From IMG/VR virus record IMGVR_UViG_3300043251_000023, positions 9,544 to 73,543 of that record: DNA of 64,000 nucleotides, one strand, 5' to 3'. Of the stretch, positions 16,947 to 26,755 are shown piece after piece. The position numbers and the translations under genes were made by a program. Source of the stretch: a virus. The notes below the pieces were generated by a model. That model made no database searches, was not told where the DNA came from, and worked only from the letters and a program-made list of their open reading frames with translations. Numbering within the stretch: position 1 is the first letter of the stretch; every line of letters starts with the position of its first letter.

Positions 16947-17939
16947 ATGCCGAAGCAGCAGACCTTCCAGGACGTCCTCGCGGCCGCGATCAGCGATCTC
17001 GTAACGCACGGCTACGATTCGGCGGAGCGCGTCGAGAAGTGGGTCCGCGAACTCCGCATGGCGGCCGAGCGGTCGCTGATCTCCGCGGCCTCACTCGAAC
17101 AGCAACTCCGCGACGGCCTAGCCGCCGTCTACCGCCGGATGGTCGATCAAGGCGGCGCGCTCCGCTACAACCCCGGCGTCGAGCGGTTCACGCTGGAGAA
17201 ACTCCGGCCGGCGCTGCGGGGGGAGTTGGACCGGCGGATTCTCGCGTCCGCGAATCTCATCAAGCTCAACCGTGCGCAGGCAATCGACAAGACGCTGCAA
17301 CGCTTTCAGGGCTGGTCGACATCGATCCCGAAGGGCGGCGTGTCCGGCGAATCGCGCGCAGAGGTCAAGGCGAACGTCCGCAAGTCGCTCGCGTCGCTGA
17401 CGTGGGAAGAGCGCCGAGTTGCCATCGATCAGGGCGCAAAACTCGTTGCGGCAATCAACGATATTATCGCCGTCGATGGCGGAGCCATCGCAGGTTTCTG
17501 GGTGAGTCATTACAAACAGCAAGGCTACAATTTTAGGCCTGACCATGCCGAACGAGATTCGCGAGAGAACGGCGGCCAGCCTTTCCTCATCCGAGACAGT
17601 TGGGCCGCGCGCGCCGGGTTCGTGAAAAAGGGAAAGTTGGGATATGCCGACGAGGTCACCGCGCCAGCGCAAGAACCCTTCTGCCGGTGCTATTTTCGAT
17701 TCGCGTACGCATTAAGAGATTTGCCGCCCGAGATGCTGACAGCCAAAGGCAAAGCCGCGCTCGCCTCCGTCCGTGGCGGCGAGGAAGTCCGTTCCGCCCG
17801 GCAGGCCCGCGCCGATTCGGCAGGTCCAGAGGTGGCCCCGAAGATCGGTCCCGAGGCGGAGCGGTATCGGCTGCAGAAAATGGTGGACGGCCTGAAGCGG
17901 GATTATGCGAGGATTTACGGGGGGCTACCGCCCGTCTAA
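16947..17939 (+). CDS. head morphogenesis protein (MuF/SPP1 gp7-like)
   Basis: RRVAIDQGAKL...RPDH...PAQEPFCRC. Confidence 0.85.
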   Translation: MPKQQTFQDVLAAAISDLVTHGYDSAERVEKWVRELRMAAERSLISAASLEQQLRDGLAAVYRRMVDQGGALRYNPGVERFTLEKLRPALRGELDRRILASANLIKLNRAQAIDKTLQRFQGWSTSIPKGGVSGESRAEVKANVRKSLASLTWEERRVAIDQGAKLVAAINDIIAVDGGAIAGFWVSHYKQQGYNFRPDHAERDSRENGGQPFLIRDSWAARAGFVKKGKLGYADEVTAPAQEPFCRCYFRFAYALRDLPPEMLTAKGKAALASVRGGEEVRSARQARADSAGPEVAPKIGPEAERYRLQKMVDGLKRDYARIYGGLPPV

Positions 17940-17968
17940 AATCGGCGAATCAACAGGGAAAATTTCCA

Positions 17969-18145
17969 ATGCAATCTCTACTAGATGCGATATGGCAGGA
18001 AAGGCACCTTGTCGGGGTGGCCGCTGGCTATACGATATGCAATGCCTTTCACGGCAACCTTGATCTTGTGCCGCTCAATATCGCCATTTCAATCGGTTAT
18101 ATTTGGGCCGTTCATCGCTGGCGCCCCTACAAGTTACTGCAATGA
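17969..18145 (+). CDS. small membrane protein
   Basis: TCAACAGGG leader; hydrophobic segments. Confidence 0.55.
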   Translation: MQSLLDAIWQERHLVGVAAGYTICNAFHGNLDLVPLNIAISIGYIWAVHRWRPYKLLQ

Positions 18146-18717
18146 GGCTCCGCGACACGAACAAGCACCAAGACCTCGGCGAACTAAAGACGTTCGTCAA
18201 TCTCGCGGTCGAACTCGACGTCCGGCGCTATCTCGAAATCGGAAGCCGCAACGGCGACTCGTTCTTCGCGGTGATGGCGAACCTCCGGCCGGGCGCGTTC
18301 GGCATGTCGATTGACCTGCCGGAGAACGCGGAGACGATGGGGCGCATGGCTGCGACGCTTATCGAACTGCGCAACATGGGCCAGCGGACGGCCTTGCTCT
18401 ATGAATCATCGCGGGAAACGTCCGCGTTGTGGGCGGCGAAGGCGAACGCGCCGTTCGATCTTGTCCTGATCGACGGCGACCATACCTACGGCGGCGTAAT
18501 CTCGGACTGGACCGATTATCAGGCGTTCGGGAAGGTCGTGGCCGTGCACGACATCGACGCGCCGGCGGGATGGAAGTCGAGCGGCTTGCCGAACGAGGTC
18601 GGGCGGTTCTGGCGAGAACTCAAATCCGGCCTTCACACGCCGCCGCGCGCCGCGCACGAGGCCCGCGAGTTCATCACGCCCGGCTCGAAGATGGGCTATG
18701 GGGTTGTTTTCCGATGA
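18142..18717 (+). CDS. class I SAM-dependent methyltransferase (Methyltransf_24-like)
   Basis: YLEIGSRNGDS, FDLVLIDGDHTY, VAVHD. Confidence 0.88.
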   Translation: MRLRDTNKHQDLGELKTFVNLAVELDVRRYLEIGSRNGDSFFAVMANLRPGAFGMSIDLPENAETMGRMAATLIELRNMGQRTALLYESSRETSALWAAKANAPFDLVLIDGDHTYGGVISDWTDYQAFGKVVAVHDIDAPAGWKSSGLPNEVGRFWRELKSGLHTPPRAAHEAREFITPGSKMGYGVVFR

Positions 18718-19184
18718 GCCGCAAATTCACCGTGGAGCGGATCGACCTCGGCGAAGCCAATGTTTTCGTGGTTGCCTATCATCGGCATCACAAGCCCGTA
18801 GTCGGGCATCTTTTCTCGATTGCGGCAGCAACCGCAGATTCGCTCGATGGTGGCGCCAGGAAGATCGTTGGCGTAGCGATTATCGGCCGCCCAGTAAGCA
18901 GACACCGCGACGACGGTGTGACGGCCGAAGTAACCCGGCTCTGCACTGACGGCACCAAGGACGCCTGCTCGTTCCTCTACGGGGCCAGCGCCAAGGCTTG
19001 CTTCGCCCTCGGCTTCAAGAAGGTCGGAACCTACATCCTCGCCAGCGAGCCGGGCACGTCGTTGATGGCGGCGGGCTGGCGCATGATCGCGGAAACGCCG
19101 GGGCGAAGCTGGTCAGTACCGTCGCGCCCGCGCATCGATAAGCATCCGCTGCAAAAACGGCTGCTGTTCGAAGCGCAAGTCTGA
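18714..19184 (+). CDS. XF1762-family (Mom-like GNAT) protein
   Basis: EANVFVVAYHRHHKP...GRPVSR...EVTRLCTDGTKDACSFLY...EPGTSL. Confidence 0.85.
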   Translation: MSRKFTVERIDLGEANVFVVAYHRHHKPVVGHLFSIAAATADSLDGGARKIVGVAIIGRPVSRHRDDGVTAEVTRLCTDGTKDACSFLYGASAKACFALGFKKVGTYILASEPGTSLMAAGWRMIAETPGRSWSVPSRPRIDKHPLQKRLLFEAQV

Positions 19185-19197
19185 CTGGGGAATTAGG

Positions 19198-20148
19198 ATG
19201 CGCGAGGTCTTCATTTCGATCCCGGCGTGGGGCCGCCACTACGTCGAGATGGCGACCCGCTACACGCTGCCGGCGATATGGGCGTCGCTACTGGCTTGGG
19301 ATCGTGATGTCCGGGCAACGTTCATCGTCCACACCGACGAGCGCACGCTGTTTCGAAGGTCGGTCCCCGGCCTGCGGATAGACTTCCGGCCGGTCCAGCG
19401 AGGCATAGGGGCGGGCAATCTCGGGGACTGGGTCGCGTTCGAGCGCGCGCACCGGGAAGCAATCGAGCGAACGCCGGCCGGCGCGCTCCTCGTTCTCCTG
19501 AACTCCGACACCGTCGTGTCGATCGAGACCATGCGGGTCGTCAATGCCGCGCTGCGCGGGAACGTCAAGGTCGGCGTTTCGGTCGGCATCCGAACGCTGA
19601 TCGACGGCAACGTCTGCCCTATAGGCGTGACCGCGGACGTCCTGGCGCGGTGGTGCTGGTCGCACCGGCACCACCTGACCGACGACATGCTGTGGGGAAC
19701 CGGAGCCGCGCAGCAGCCGACGCAGATGTTCTTCCAGCACGACGACCATGACCGGGACGTCTCGATGCACTGCTTCCACCTGACGCCGATGTTCATCGTC
19801 AAGGACCGGGAATTGAAGTTCGGCGGGACCATCGACGACGGGATGCTAGCGAACTACGACGACCACGAGATCGCCTATTTCCGAGACCGGCCGTTCGTGA
19901 TCGCGGAGCTTTCGCCGTTCGACAAGCATCACCCGCACGGCAAGCCCTTGACCAGCGTCGAGGCAGTGACGATGGACGGAACGCGCCAGGTCCATCCTGC
20001 ACACTTGCGGAATTTCAAGCAGCAGTTCACCGTGTTCGGGAAGCCGCCGCTGCATCCCGCCGCGCAGGCGATCATCGGGGCGTTGGAGAAGCTCAATGCG
20101 CGAAATGCGTCTGACCGACCAAGAACTCCAGGCGCTCGTCGCGCCTAG
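19198..20148 (+). CDS. putative GT-A-fold glycosyltransferase-like protein (paralog 1)
   Basis: N-terminal ISIPAWGRHY, LLNSD DxD-like motif; paralog at 29298. Confidence 0.55.
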   Translation: MREVFISIPAWGRHYVEMATRYTLPAIWASLLAWDRDVRATFIVHTDERTLFRRSVPGLRIDFRPVQRGIGAGNLGDWVAFERAHREAIERTPAGALLVLLNSDTVVSIETMRVVNAALRGNVKVGVSVGIRTLIDGNVCPIGVTADVLARWCWSHRHHLTDDMLWGTGAAQQPTQMFFQHDDHDRDVSMHCFHLTPMFIVKDRELKFGGTIDDGMLANYDDHEIAYFRDRPFVIAELSPFDKHHPHGKPLTSVEAVTMDGTRQVHPAHLRNFKQQFTVFGKPPLHPAAQAIIGALEKLNARNASDRPRTPGARRA

Positions 20149-20386
20149 GCTCGTCGCGCGGCTGCGCAAGGCCGGCTTCAAAATGGGGCGGATGGAGGCC
20201 GAGTTTCCGTCGGCGATGTTTGTCCCGATCAGTCTCGATCTCGTCGGATGGTGCAGTTTCACACGGGACGCCGACGGATTCTGGACGATTCAGCAGGACG
20301 AGGCGCGGATCGCGGAGGTCGTCGCGGACGCGCACGAGATGCACTACGAGGCGATCACCGGGCGGGAAGCGCCGCGGGCGTCTTAA
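20096..20386 (+). CDS. hypothetical protein
   Basis: GGAG SD; co-oriented. Confidence 0.6.
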   Translation: MREMRLTDQELQALVAPRLVARLRKAGFKMGRMEAEFPSAMFVPISLDLVGWCSFTRDADGFWTIQQDEARIAEVVADAHEMHYEAITGREAPRAS

Positions 20387-20422
20387 CGTTCCGGCGCGAT
20401 GATCGACGGCGGCGGGTCGGTA

Positions 20423-20905
20423 TCAGGCGGCGGCCCAGCCGGCATTCCCCGACAGCGCGCTGTGTCGCTCCCCGAGGCCGCGAAAGGGCAGATTGGCGCC
20501 CCCTCCGATGAGCGCGTCACCGGCGACCAAGATCAGGGCGATCAGGGCGATGACGGTAATTACGAAACTCACCGCCTGAACGATTGGCGGGCTGAGTCCC
20601 ATGTTGGCGGCGAGCCATGTCAAGAACAGGTCGATCAGGAACAGGACGACGATCAGCACCAAGACGGCGACCGCGAAGATAACGATCGACTGCGGGGTCG
20701 CGGAGACGCCGCCTCCTCCGAAGCCAAGCACGCCAGCGATGGCGATGATGAACGCGATCAGGATCAAGCACCCGACCACGATCTTCGCGATCTTGGCGAG
20801 GAACGGGTCCTTGGCGACTCGGTCGATGGTGAGGAAGAAGATAGCGCCGACCGCAAACAAAACGATGATGGTGATCAGGAAGCCGAGCAACCCAGAGCCG
20901 TTCAT
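20423..20905 (-). CDS. 4-TM membrane protein with internal duplication
   Basis: GGAGG SD; two helical-hairpin units of hydrophobic segments. Confidence 0.75.
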   Translation of the reverse strand: MNGSGLLGFLITIIVLFAVGAIFFLTIDRVAKDPFLAKIAKIVVGCLILIAFIIAIAGVLGFGGGGVSATPQSIVIFAVAVLVLIVVLFLIDLFLTWLAANMGLSPPIVQAVSFVITVIALIALILVAGDALIGGGANLPFRGLGERHSALSGNAGWAAA

Positions 20906-21003
20906 GGCGCATCCTCCAGCGGGACACGCATAATTTTGTCGCTCCCGCGAACTTGTGGTAGGAACCATCATACCACCTTTTAAGTTCCAGAGGGTTGGGG
21001 ACC

Positions 21004-21279
21004 ATGCCGCTGACCGCCAAGGGCGAAGAGATCAAATCCGCGCTCACCAAGGAGTACGGCAAGGAAAAGGGCGAGCAGGTCCTCTACGCGGGCAAGAACA
21101 AAGGCACGTTCACTGGGATCGATTCCACCCCCGCCGGCCTAAATACCGTCATCGACGCAGTCTGCTCGATGTGCGACAGCATCGACAAGATGACCGCGCG
21201 GCTCGGAGCGCACTGCGACGACCGGCGGGTGATCGGCGGCGTCGGGCATGACGCGACGAACATCAAGGTCGTCTCGTGA
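21004..21279 (+). CDS. conserved small phage protein (MPLTxKG...YG...G..V.YA..NKG)
   Basis: Recurrent motif; coupled to the protease gene. Confidence 0.75.
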   Translation: MPLTAKGEEIKSALTKEYGKEKGEQVLYAGKNKGTFTGIDSTPAGLNTVIDAVCSMCDSIDKMTARLGAHCDDRRVIGGVGHDATNIKVVS

Positions 21280-23201
21280 AAGCTGCCGGGATTTTGCTCG
21301 TATCGATGAATGGAAACGCTTTGTTTCTCCGGCGGACCGCGAGCGCGCCCGATTGCCCCGCGTGTTGGGATTTTCCCGGTGGCGGCCAAGAAGGCGACGA
21401 GACCGCCGAGCAGACCGCGATCCGCGAGACCCGCGAGGAGATCGGCCACGTCCCCGACGGCATCAGAATCCTCCACACCCGAACCCGATCCGGCTCCGCG
21501 CTGCAAGGCGTGGCTGGTCCCGGCGCGTCGCCGCTTGGCAACCCTGTTGACGGCGGCGCGCCGACGGCCCCTTCGATTGTCCCAGCGATGCCGGTCGATG
21601 TGGACTACACGACGTTCCTGCAAAAAGTGACGAACGAGTTCGTGCCGGAGCTCAACGACGAGCACGACGGCTACGCCTGGTCGCCGATCACGGCGCCGCC
21701 CGAACCGCTGCATCCCGGTTGCCGGATCGCGCTCGAGCGTCTGTCGATGGACGAACTCGACGTCGCGCGGGCGATGGTCGACGGTCGCCTCGTCTCGCCG
21801 CAACGCTATGAAAACGTGACTTTGTGGGCGATTCGCATAACCGGGACGGGTGGTTCGTTCCGGCCCAAGGTCGAGGAATTTGTCTACCGCGATGCCGACA
21901 TCCACCTGACCGAACGGATGCTGGCCCGCTGCAACGGCCTCCCGGTGATCTTCAAACACCCCGCCAAGGCGCTCCTGAACAGCGAGGAGTTCGCTAATCG
22001 TATTGTGGGGACCATTTTTTTGCCGTATGTTGCCGGCGATGAGGTCTGGGGCATCGCCAAAATCTACGACGATGAAACCAACCGGCTCTTAGACGAGGAG
22101 AACCTTTCCACCTCACCCGGCGTGAACTTCAAGGACTTCAAGGTCAATCGAAGTCTGCGCATGGAGGATGGTTCGAAGGTTCTCATCGAAGGCAAACCGA
22201 GTCTCGTCGACCACGTCGCGATTTGCGAGTTGGGCGTCTGGGACAAGGGCGGCGACCCGAGCGGCATTCGTTCCGAATCACGAGAGGACACAGCGATGGC
22301 TGACGAAGCGAAAAAGGAAGAGGCCAAGGACGATGCCGCGAAGAAGGATGCGGTCGCAGAGCAGCCCAAGATGGACGCCAAGAAAGACGCTGCCAAGGAC
22401 GACGCCGCCCGCAAGGACGCGGACGCCGGCAAGTCCTTAGACGAAAAGCTCTCCCACGTTCTCGATGCCGTCACCGGGTGCATGGACGCCGTGAAACGGG
22501 TCGACGCCCGGATGGACGCGATGGACGAGGAGAAGAAGAAAGCCGACGCGGCCAAGAAGGACGAGTTCCCGGACAAGAAGGAAGAAGCCGAAAAGACCGC
22601 CGCCGACAAGGCGAAGAAGGACGCGGCCGACAAGGAGGAGGAAGAAAAAAAGAAGGCCGACGCCGCCAAGAAAGACGAGGAAGACAAGGCGAAAGCCGAT
22701 ACCGCCGGTCTGGGCGACCGGATCGCCGCCGTCGAGCGCGCCGTCAAGGCGACCGACGCGAAGATCATGCCGATCCCGGACGACGATCATTCCCGCCTCG
22801 CCGACGCTTGGGCAATCGCTGACGATGCCTGCCGGGCGCTGGGGATGAACGGCCCGCGCGCGATGCCGGGCGAGACCTCCGCGCAGTTCCGGCGCCGGGT
22901 GGTCAAGCTCCTCAAGCCGCACAGCGCGACCTGGAAGGACGTCGACATCGCCACGGCCGCCTATGCCGACGAAGCGATGTTCGCCGTCGTCGAGAAGCAG
23001 GTCCTCACCGACGCTGCGAAGGCGGCGCGCGACCCGGCCAATGTCGCCGGCGACCAGCTCCGCATGATCGAGCGCAAGGCGGACGGCCACACGATTCGCG
23101 AGTTCGTCGGTCGGCCGGCTGCCTGGATGAACCAGTTTGCCGGGCCGGTTCAGCTCCGCGGCGAGGGCAAGTTCCTTACCGACAATCTCGGCAAGAACTG
23201 A
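21276..23201 (+). CDS. NUDIX hydrolase - DUF2213 prohead protease/scaffold fusion
   Basis: Nudix box GGQEGDETAEQTAIRETREEIG; GLPVIFKHP, STSPGV, DHVAIC; D/K/A-rich scaffold region. Confidence 0.85.
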   Translation: MKAAGILLVSMNGNALFLRRTASAPDCPACWDFPGGGQEGDETAEQTAIRETREEIGHVPDGIRILHTRTRSGSALQGVAGPGASPLGNPVDGGAPTAPSIVPAMPVDVDYTTFLQKVTNEFVPELNDEHDGYAWSPITAPPEPLHPGCRIALERLSMDELDVARAMVDGRLVSPQRYENVTLWAIRITGTGGSFRPKVEEFVYRDADIHLTERMLARCNGLPVIFKHPAKALLNSEEFANRIVGTIFLPYVAGDEVWGIAKIYDDETNRLLDEENLSTSPGVNFKDFKVNRSLRMEDGSKVLIEGKPSLVDHVAICELGVWDKGGDPSGIRSESREDTAMADEAKKEEAKDDAAKKDAVAEQPKMDAKKDAAKDDAARKDADAGKSLDEKLSHVLDAVTGCMDAVKRVDARMDAMDEEKKKADAAKKDEFPDKKEEAEKTAADKAKKDAADKEEEEKKKADAAKKDEEDKAKADTAGLGDRIAAVERAVKATDAKIMPIPDDDHSRLADAWAIADDACRALGMNGPRAMPGETSAQFRRRVVKLLKPHSATWKDVDIATAAYADEAMFAVVEKQVLTDAAKAARDPANVAGDQLRMIERKADGHTIREFVGRPAAWMNQFAGPVQLRGEGKFLTDNLGKN

Positions 23202-23254
23202 TCGCGCTTTTCAACAGGGTCGAAGGCTAGAGAACTGAAACTCAGGAGAACCAG

Positions 23255-24157
23255 ATGGTCGCGTCCGTCACCTTCCAGCCCTACCTGCAGAGCGGCGGCA
23301 ACGCTGGTCTCTTCAACGTTCAGTCCAGCGGCTATCGGCAGGGCACGGCGATGCCCGATCCCTCGACCCGCTATCGCTTGCGGGGTGGCATCTTGGCGAC
23401 GACCGAGACGCTACCGATGTGGGGAGGGGTCGGCGTCTACGCGAACGTCCCTGGCGGCGGCTATCCCGGAACGCAGGGCGTTCCTGGTTCCCCGAGCGGT
23501 TCTCTCGGTCCGATCCTCGGCCGCGCTACGGCGCTGACCGGTACCACAAAGCTCGCCGGCTTCTCAGTCTTCGACGAAGCCTACGGCATGATCACGTCGC
23601 CGCAATCTCCGGTCCCGCTGGCTGGCTCCGGAATGCAGGTCAACTACTACCCGCTCGGCTCGCTGGCGCGCATCGTGGTCGCCTGCGATCCGTCCCTGAC
23701 GTCGCTCCGCGGTGGCACGACCTACCAGCCGGCGGTCGCGTGGGACTTCACGAACCAGCTTCTCATCCCCGAACTCGGTACGCTCGTGATCTCGTCCGGC
23801 ACCTACGTCTCCGCCACCGGCGTGATCACGCTGACGATGGCGGTCGCTCCCACCTTCAGCCCCGGCGACTCGCTCACTCTTGCATCGCTCACCGGCACCG
23901 GCGCCTTTGCCACGCTCGACGGCACCTGGACGGTTCTGACCGTTGTTGGTTCCGTGGTCACTTTGCAGGGTCCGGTCGCGGCTGGCGCGGCGACGATCAC
24001 CGGCGGCAACGCCACGGTCGGCGGCTCGGCCAGCCAGGCGCTCCCGGTCAACGTACTCGACATCAATCCGTCGAACTCCGAGACCGTCGTCTACAACTCG
24101 ACGACCGGCTTCGCGACGTACAACTATTCCGGCGCCGCAGCCCTTATCCAGATTTGA
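23255..24157 (+). CDS. head decoration/cement protein with inserted beta-barrel domain
   Basis: Between protease and capsid; PMWGGV, PQSPVP...GSLARIVV motifs. Confidence 0.75.
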   Translation: MVASVTFQPYLQSGGNAGLFNVQSSGYRQGTAMPDPSTRYRLRGGILATTETLPMWGGVGVYANVPGGGYPGTQGVPGSPSGSLGPILGRATALTGTTKLAGFSVFDEAYGMITSPQSPVPLAGSGMQVNYYPLGSLARIVVACDPSLTSLRGGTTYQPAVAWDFTNQLLIPELGTLVISSGTYVSATGVITLTMAVAPTFSPGDSLTLASLTGTGAFATLDGTWTVLTVVGSVVTLQGPVAAGAATITGGNATVGGSASQALPVNVLDINPSNSETVVYNSTTGFATYNYSGAAALIQI

Positions 24158-24209
24158 GGACAGCAGAACGTCAGGCGTCAATCGTTTAACGGAACGAGGA
24201 AAATAGACC

Positions 24210-25232
24210 ATGTCGATTCAGGCGCACGCTTACACCACGTTGAACCCCTCGTTCATCGAGCCGGAGTTTCTCATCCAGTACAGCCAAGCGTCGGGCTTCA
24301 TCGACGTCTTGGCCGAAGGGCAGATGCGGGTTCGTCTCTCCGAGGACGACCTCATCGTCTACATGAAGCAGATGAACTTCCGGGCGAAGATCGCGGCGAA
24401 CACGGCGGGTTCTCAGGAACTCCCCGGCGTCGACATCTTGGCGACCATGATCTCGGCGCCGACCTACCTCCTCCAGGTCCGCAACCAGTACAATCACCAC
24501 GACGTTGCCGCCGGTTCCCGGTGGGGCTTCGCGGTGCCGGAGGCCTACCGCCTCGGCGGCCGGCAGGCGAACTACCAGCTCGCCCGCGACGCTTGCCTCT
24601 TCGGCATGAACCCGCAGAACGGCGAGGGCCTCATCAACGCGACCGGAGCGACGGCGATCAATCTGCCGCCGGACACATTCGGCAACTCGACGGTCGTGAC
24701 CTACGACAACGGCCAGATGGCGTTCTTCATCGCGCAGCAGGTCCTCAACATCAAAACGCGGACCTATCAGCTCGGTCTCGGCAAGAAGATCACCATCCTC
24801 GGCCCGCAGCGGACGCTCGGCTTGTTCGAGTACAACATCGTCCAACTCGTCCAGTATCAGCGGCCGGGCGCCGGCACGACCTCGACTGCGGGGACCGTCA
24901 AGGAAATTTTGATGGCGAACGGCGACACGCTTATCTGGGCCTACGACGACACGCTGATCGGCGCGGGCGCGGGCGGGACGGACGCGATCATCATCTGTAT
25001 GCCCGAGGTCGACAAGCCGAAGGGCGACCAGCCCGTGAACACGAACATCTTCGCCAGCTTGCTTCCCGGTTCGAAGGTCTGCCTGACGCAATACTGCGAC
25101 ATGGCGGCCCCGCGCGAGATTGTCTCGCCGATGGCCGGCGGCGCTACGGATTTCCTGCAGGAATGGAGGATCTCAAGCGGCTGGGCAGCGCGAGCGCAGG
25201 CTTTGACCGTGCTCAGCGCGCAATATCAATAG
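24210..25232 (+). CDS. major capsid protein
   Basis: 340 aa; position; YSQASG, DMAAPREI...RISSGW motifs of this phage group. Confidence 0.85.
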   Translation: MSIQAHAYTTLNPSFIEPEFLIQYSQASGFIDVLAEGQMRVRLSEDDLIVYMKQMNFRAKIAANTAGSQELPGVDILATMISAPTYLLQVRNQYNHHDVAAGSRWGFAVPEAYRLGGRQANYQLARDACLFGMNPQNGEGLINATGATAINLPPDTFGNSTVVTYDNGQMAFFIAQQVLNIKTRTYQLGLGKKITILGPQRTLGLFEYNIVQLVQYQRPGAGTTSTAGTVKEILMANGDTLIWAYDDTLIGAGAGGTDAIIICMPEVDKPKGDQPVNTNIFASLLPGSKVCLTQYCDMAAPREIVSPMAGGATDFLQEWRISSGWAARAQALTVLSAQYQ

Positions 25233-25332
25233 GCCCAGTGAGGGTCTCCGAGGGAGCCTAGTGACTTCCGAGGCGGTGGGTAGCTAGGCACCCGCAGGCC
25301 GCCTCACTATTCAACAGGGGAACGAAAGCGTC

Positions 25333-25911
25333 ATGGCAAAGCTCTATATCGCAAATGTCAGCCGCCAGAATCAGATCGTCTGCTTCCGCCTGGACTACGG
25401 GCCGGACGGCGAATTGAAGGATACCAATCGGCGTTTTGAGCCCGCGCGCCAGCAAGAGATTCCGCCCGGTCGGCAAGTCATGATCGGCGGCGACATGCAC
25501 ATGCGCCAGATCGAGGACATCGTTAAGCAGCTTCAGCCTTACGGGCTGGTCGGCGCGCTTGACGCTCCGCGGCAGCGCGCGATCGCTCCTTTGGTCTTCA
25601 ACGTGGTCAACCCGGTCACGGCGAAAGTCATGGAAAGCGTCCGCGACACGAACGCGGAGCTTCTGACCGCCGACGGCCACGAGCGGCGCCAGAAGGCCGC
25701 CGTCGCGACGAACGACATCGTCCAGACCACGGTGGCGCAGCAGTTCGCCGAGGTCGGCATCGAGGATAAGCCCGCCGACCGGACGGACGTGACGTTCGAG
25801 CAGCAAGAGCAGAGCGAGGCCGGGGAGAAGACCATCGCGGAGGGCTACCGCGTTGAGGCCGGCGCCGCTGCCCCGCCGAAGAACAAGGGCGGGCGTCCCC
25901 GCAAGAAGTAG
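25333..25911 (+). CDS. conserved virion-associated protein
   Basis: MAKLYIAN..Q N-terminus typical of the post-capsid gene in this group. Confidence 0.7.
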   Translation: MAKLYIANVSRQNQIVCFRLDYGPDGELKDTNRRFEPARQQEIPPGRQVMIGGDMHMRQIEDIVKQLQPYGLVGALDAPRQRAIAPLVFNVVNPVTAKVMESVRDTNAELLTADGHERRQKAAVATNDIVQTTVAQQFAEVGIEDKPADRTDVTFEQQEQSEAGEKTIAEGYRVEAGAAAPPKNKGGRPRKK

Positions 25912-25914
25912 CGC

Positions 25915-26445
25915 ATGACGGCCCCACAGCCCACGCTTGCGGGGTTCCAGGATTTCATCGTCAACACGATGCAGATCAGCACGACGGTCCTACCGTCGAG
26001 CTCGCCTGTTATTCCATTCGCGTTTTCGGTCGCGCTCGCCATCGTCAACCAGGCGCTCCAGTGCGTTCCGGTTCCCTCGACAGACGCCGCCGGCGTTTCG
26101 CTCAATTCCGGCGGCTACACGATCTACGCCCTCGCGGTTTACAATCTCGCCGGATCAAACCTCCTGGCCTACGCGCAAGACCTTCCCGATGCTCCGGTCG
26201 TCAAGGGCAGCGGCGATCCTGGCCTGCCGTTCTTTGCTTGGACGCGCCAGCAATGGCAGATCAACGCTTTCGTGTCCGGCGTCGTGCAGTCGACCGCCGA
26301 TGAATCAACGTCGATGTCGCTGGTCGTGCAAGATGCTGCTAAGATGTTCACGCTTGCCAACCTTCAGCAGTTGAAGGACCCATATGGTCGGCAATTTCTT
26401 GCGCTATCGCAAAGTTACGGGCCATCGACGTTCGGCATCAGTTAA
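25915..26445 (+). CDS. head-tail adaptor (DUF4054-like)
   Basis: YALAVYNL...GVVQSTADESTS...DPYGRQFL. Confidence 0.75.
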   Translation: MTAPQPTLAGFQDFIVNTMQISTTVLPSSSPVIPFAFSVALAIVNQALQCVPVPSTDAAGVSLNSGGYTIYALAVYNLAGSNLLAYAQDLPDAPVVKGSGDPGLPFFAWTRQQWQINAFVSGVVQSTADESTSMSLVVQDAAKMFTLANLQQLKDPYGRQFLALSQSYGPSTFGIS

Positions 26446-26454
26446 GGAACCGCT

Positions 26455-26745
26455 ATGACCGCGACATCATTCGGCAACGCCGGACTCGTCAATACGCAGC
26501 TCAACATCAACCAGCCCATGGTCCTAAAGGCATCGGCTGGGGGAGTGCTGACGGTGAACGTCACGGTCGCCGGATCGACCGCCGGTGCCATCTACGACTC
26601 GCCAACCACAGGCGGAAACGGGACCGGAAGTCTCATCGCGACGCTGCCGAATACGGTCGGTCCGATCAACATCGCGTTCCCCTGCCAGACCGGCATCACG
26701 GTCGTCCCGGGCTCGGGGCAATGCGTTTCGGTTGTTTACCAATAG
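26455..26745 (+). CDS. small beta-sandwich virion decoration-like protein (paralog A1)
   Basis: GAIYDS...GITVVPGSGQ..SVVY; paralog at 30261. Confidence 0.7.
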   Translation: MTATSFGNAGLVNTQLNINQPMVLKASAGGVLTVNVTVAGSTAGAIYDSPTTGGNGTGSLIATLPNTVGPINIAFPCQTGITVVPGSGQCVSVVYQ

Positions 26746-26755
26746 GCGGGTAGTG

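Noticed and set aside
22300-22700. Repetitive GACGCCGCCAAGAAG-like DNA as a repeat element
   Set aside because: Explained by the DAAKKD low-complexity scaffold coding sequence.
25236-25310. Hairpins after the major capsid gene as a separate ncRNA
   Set aside because: Adequately explained as an mRNA stabiliser or attenuator after a highly expressed gene; no independent promoter seen.
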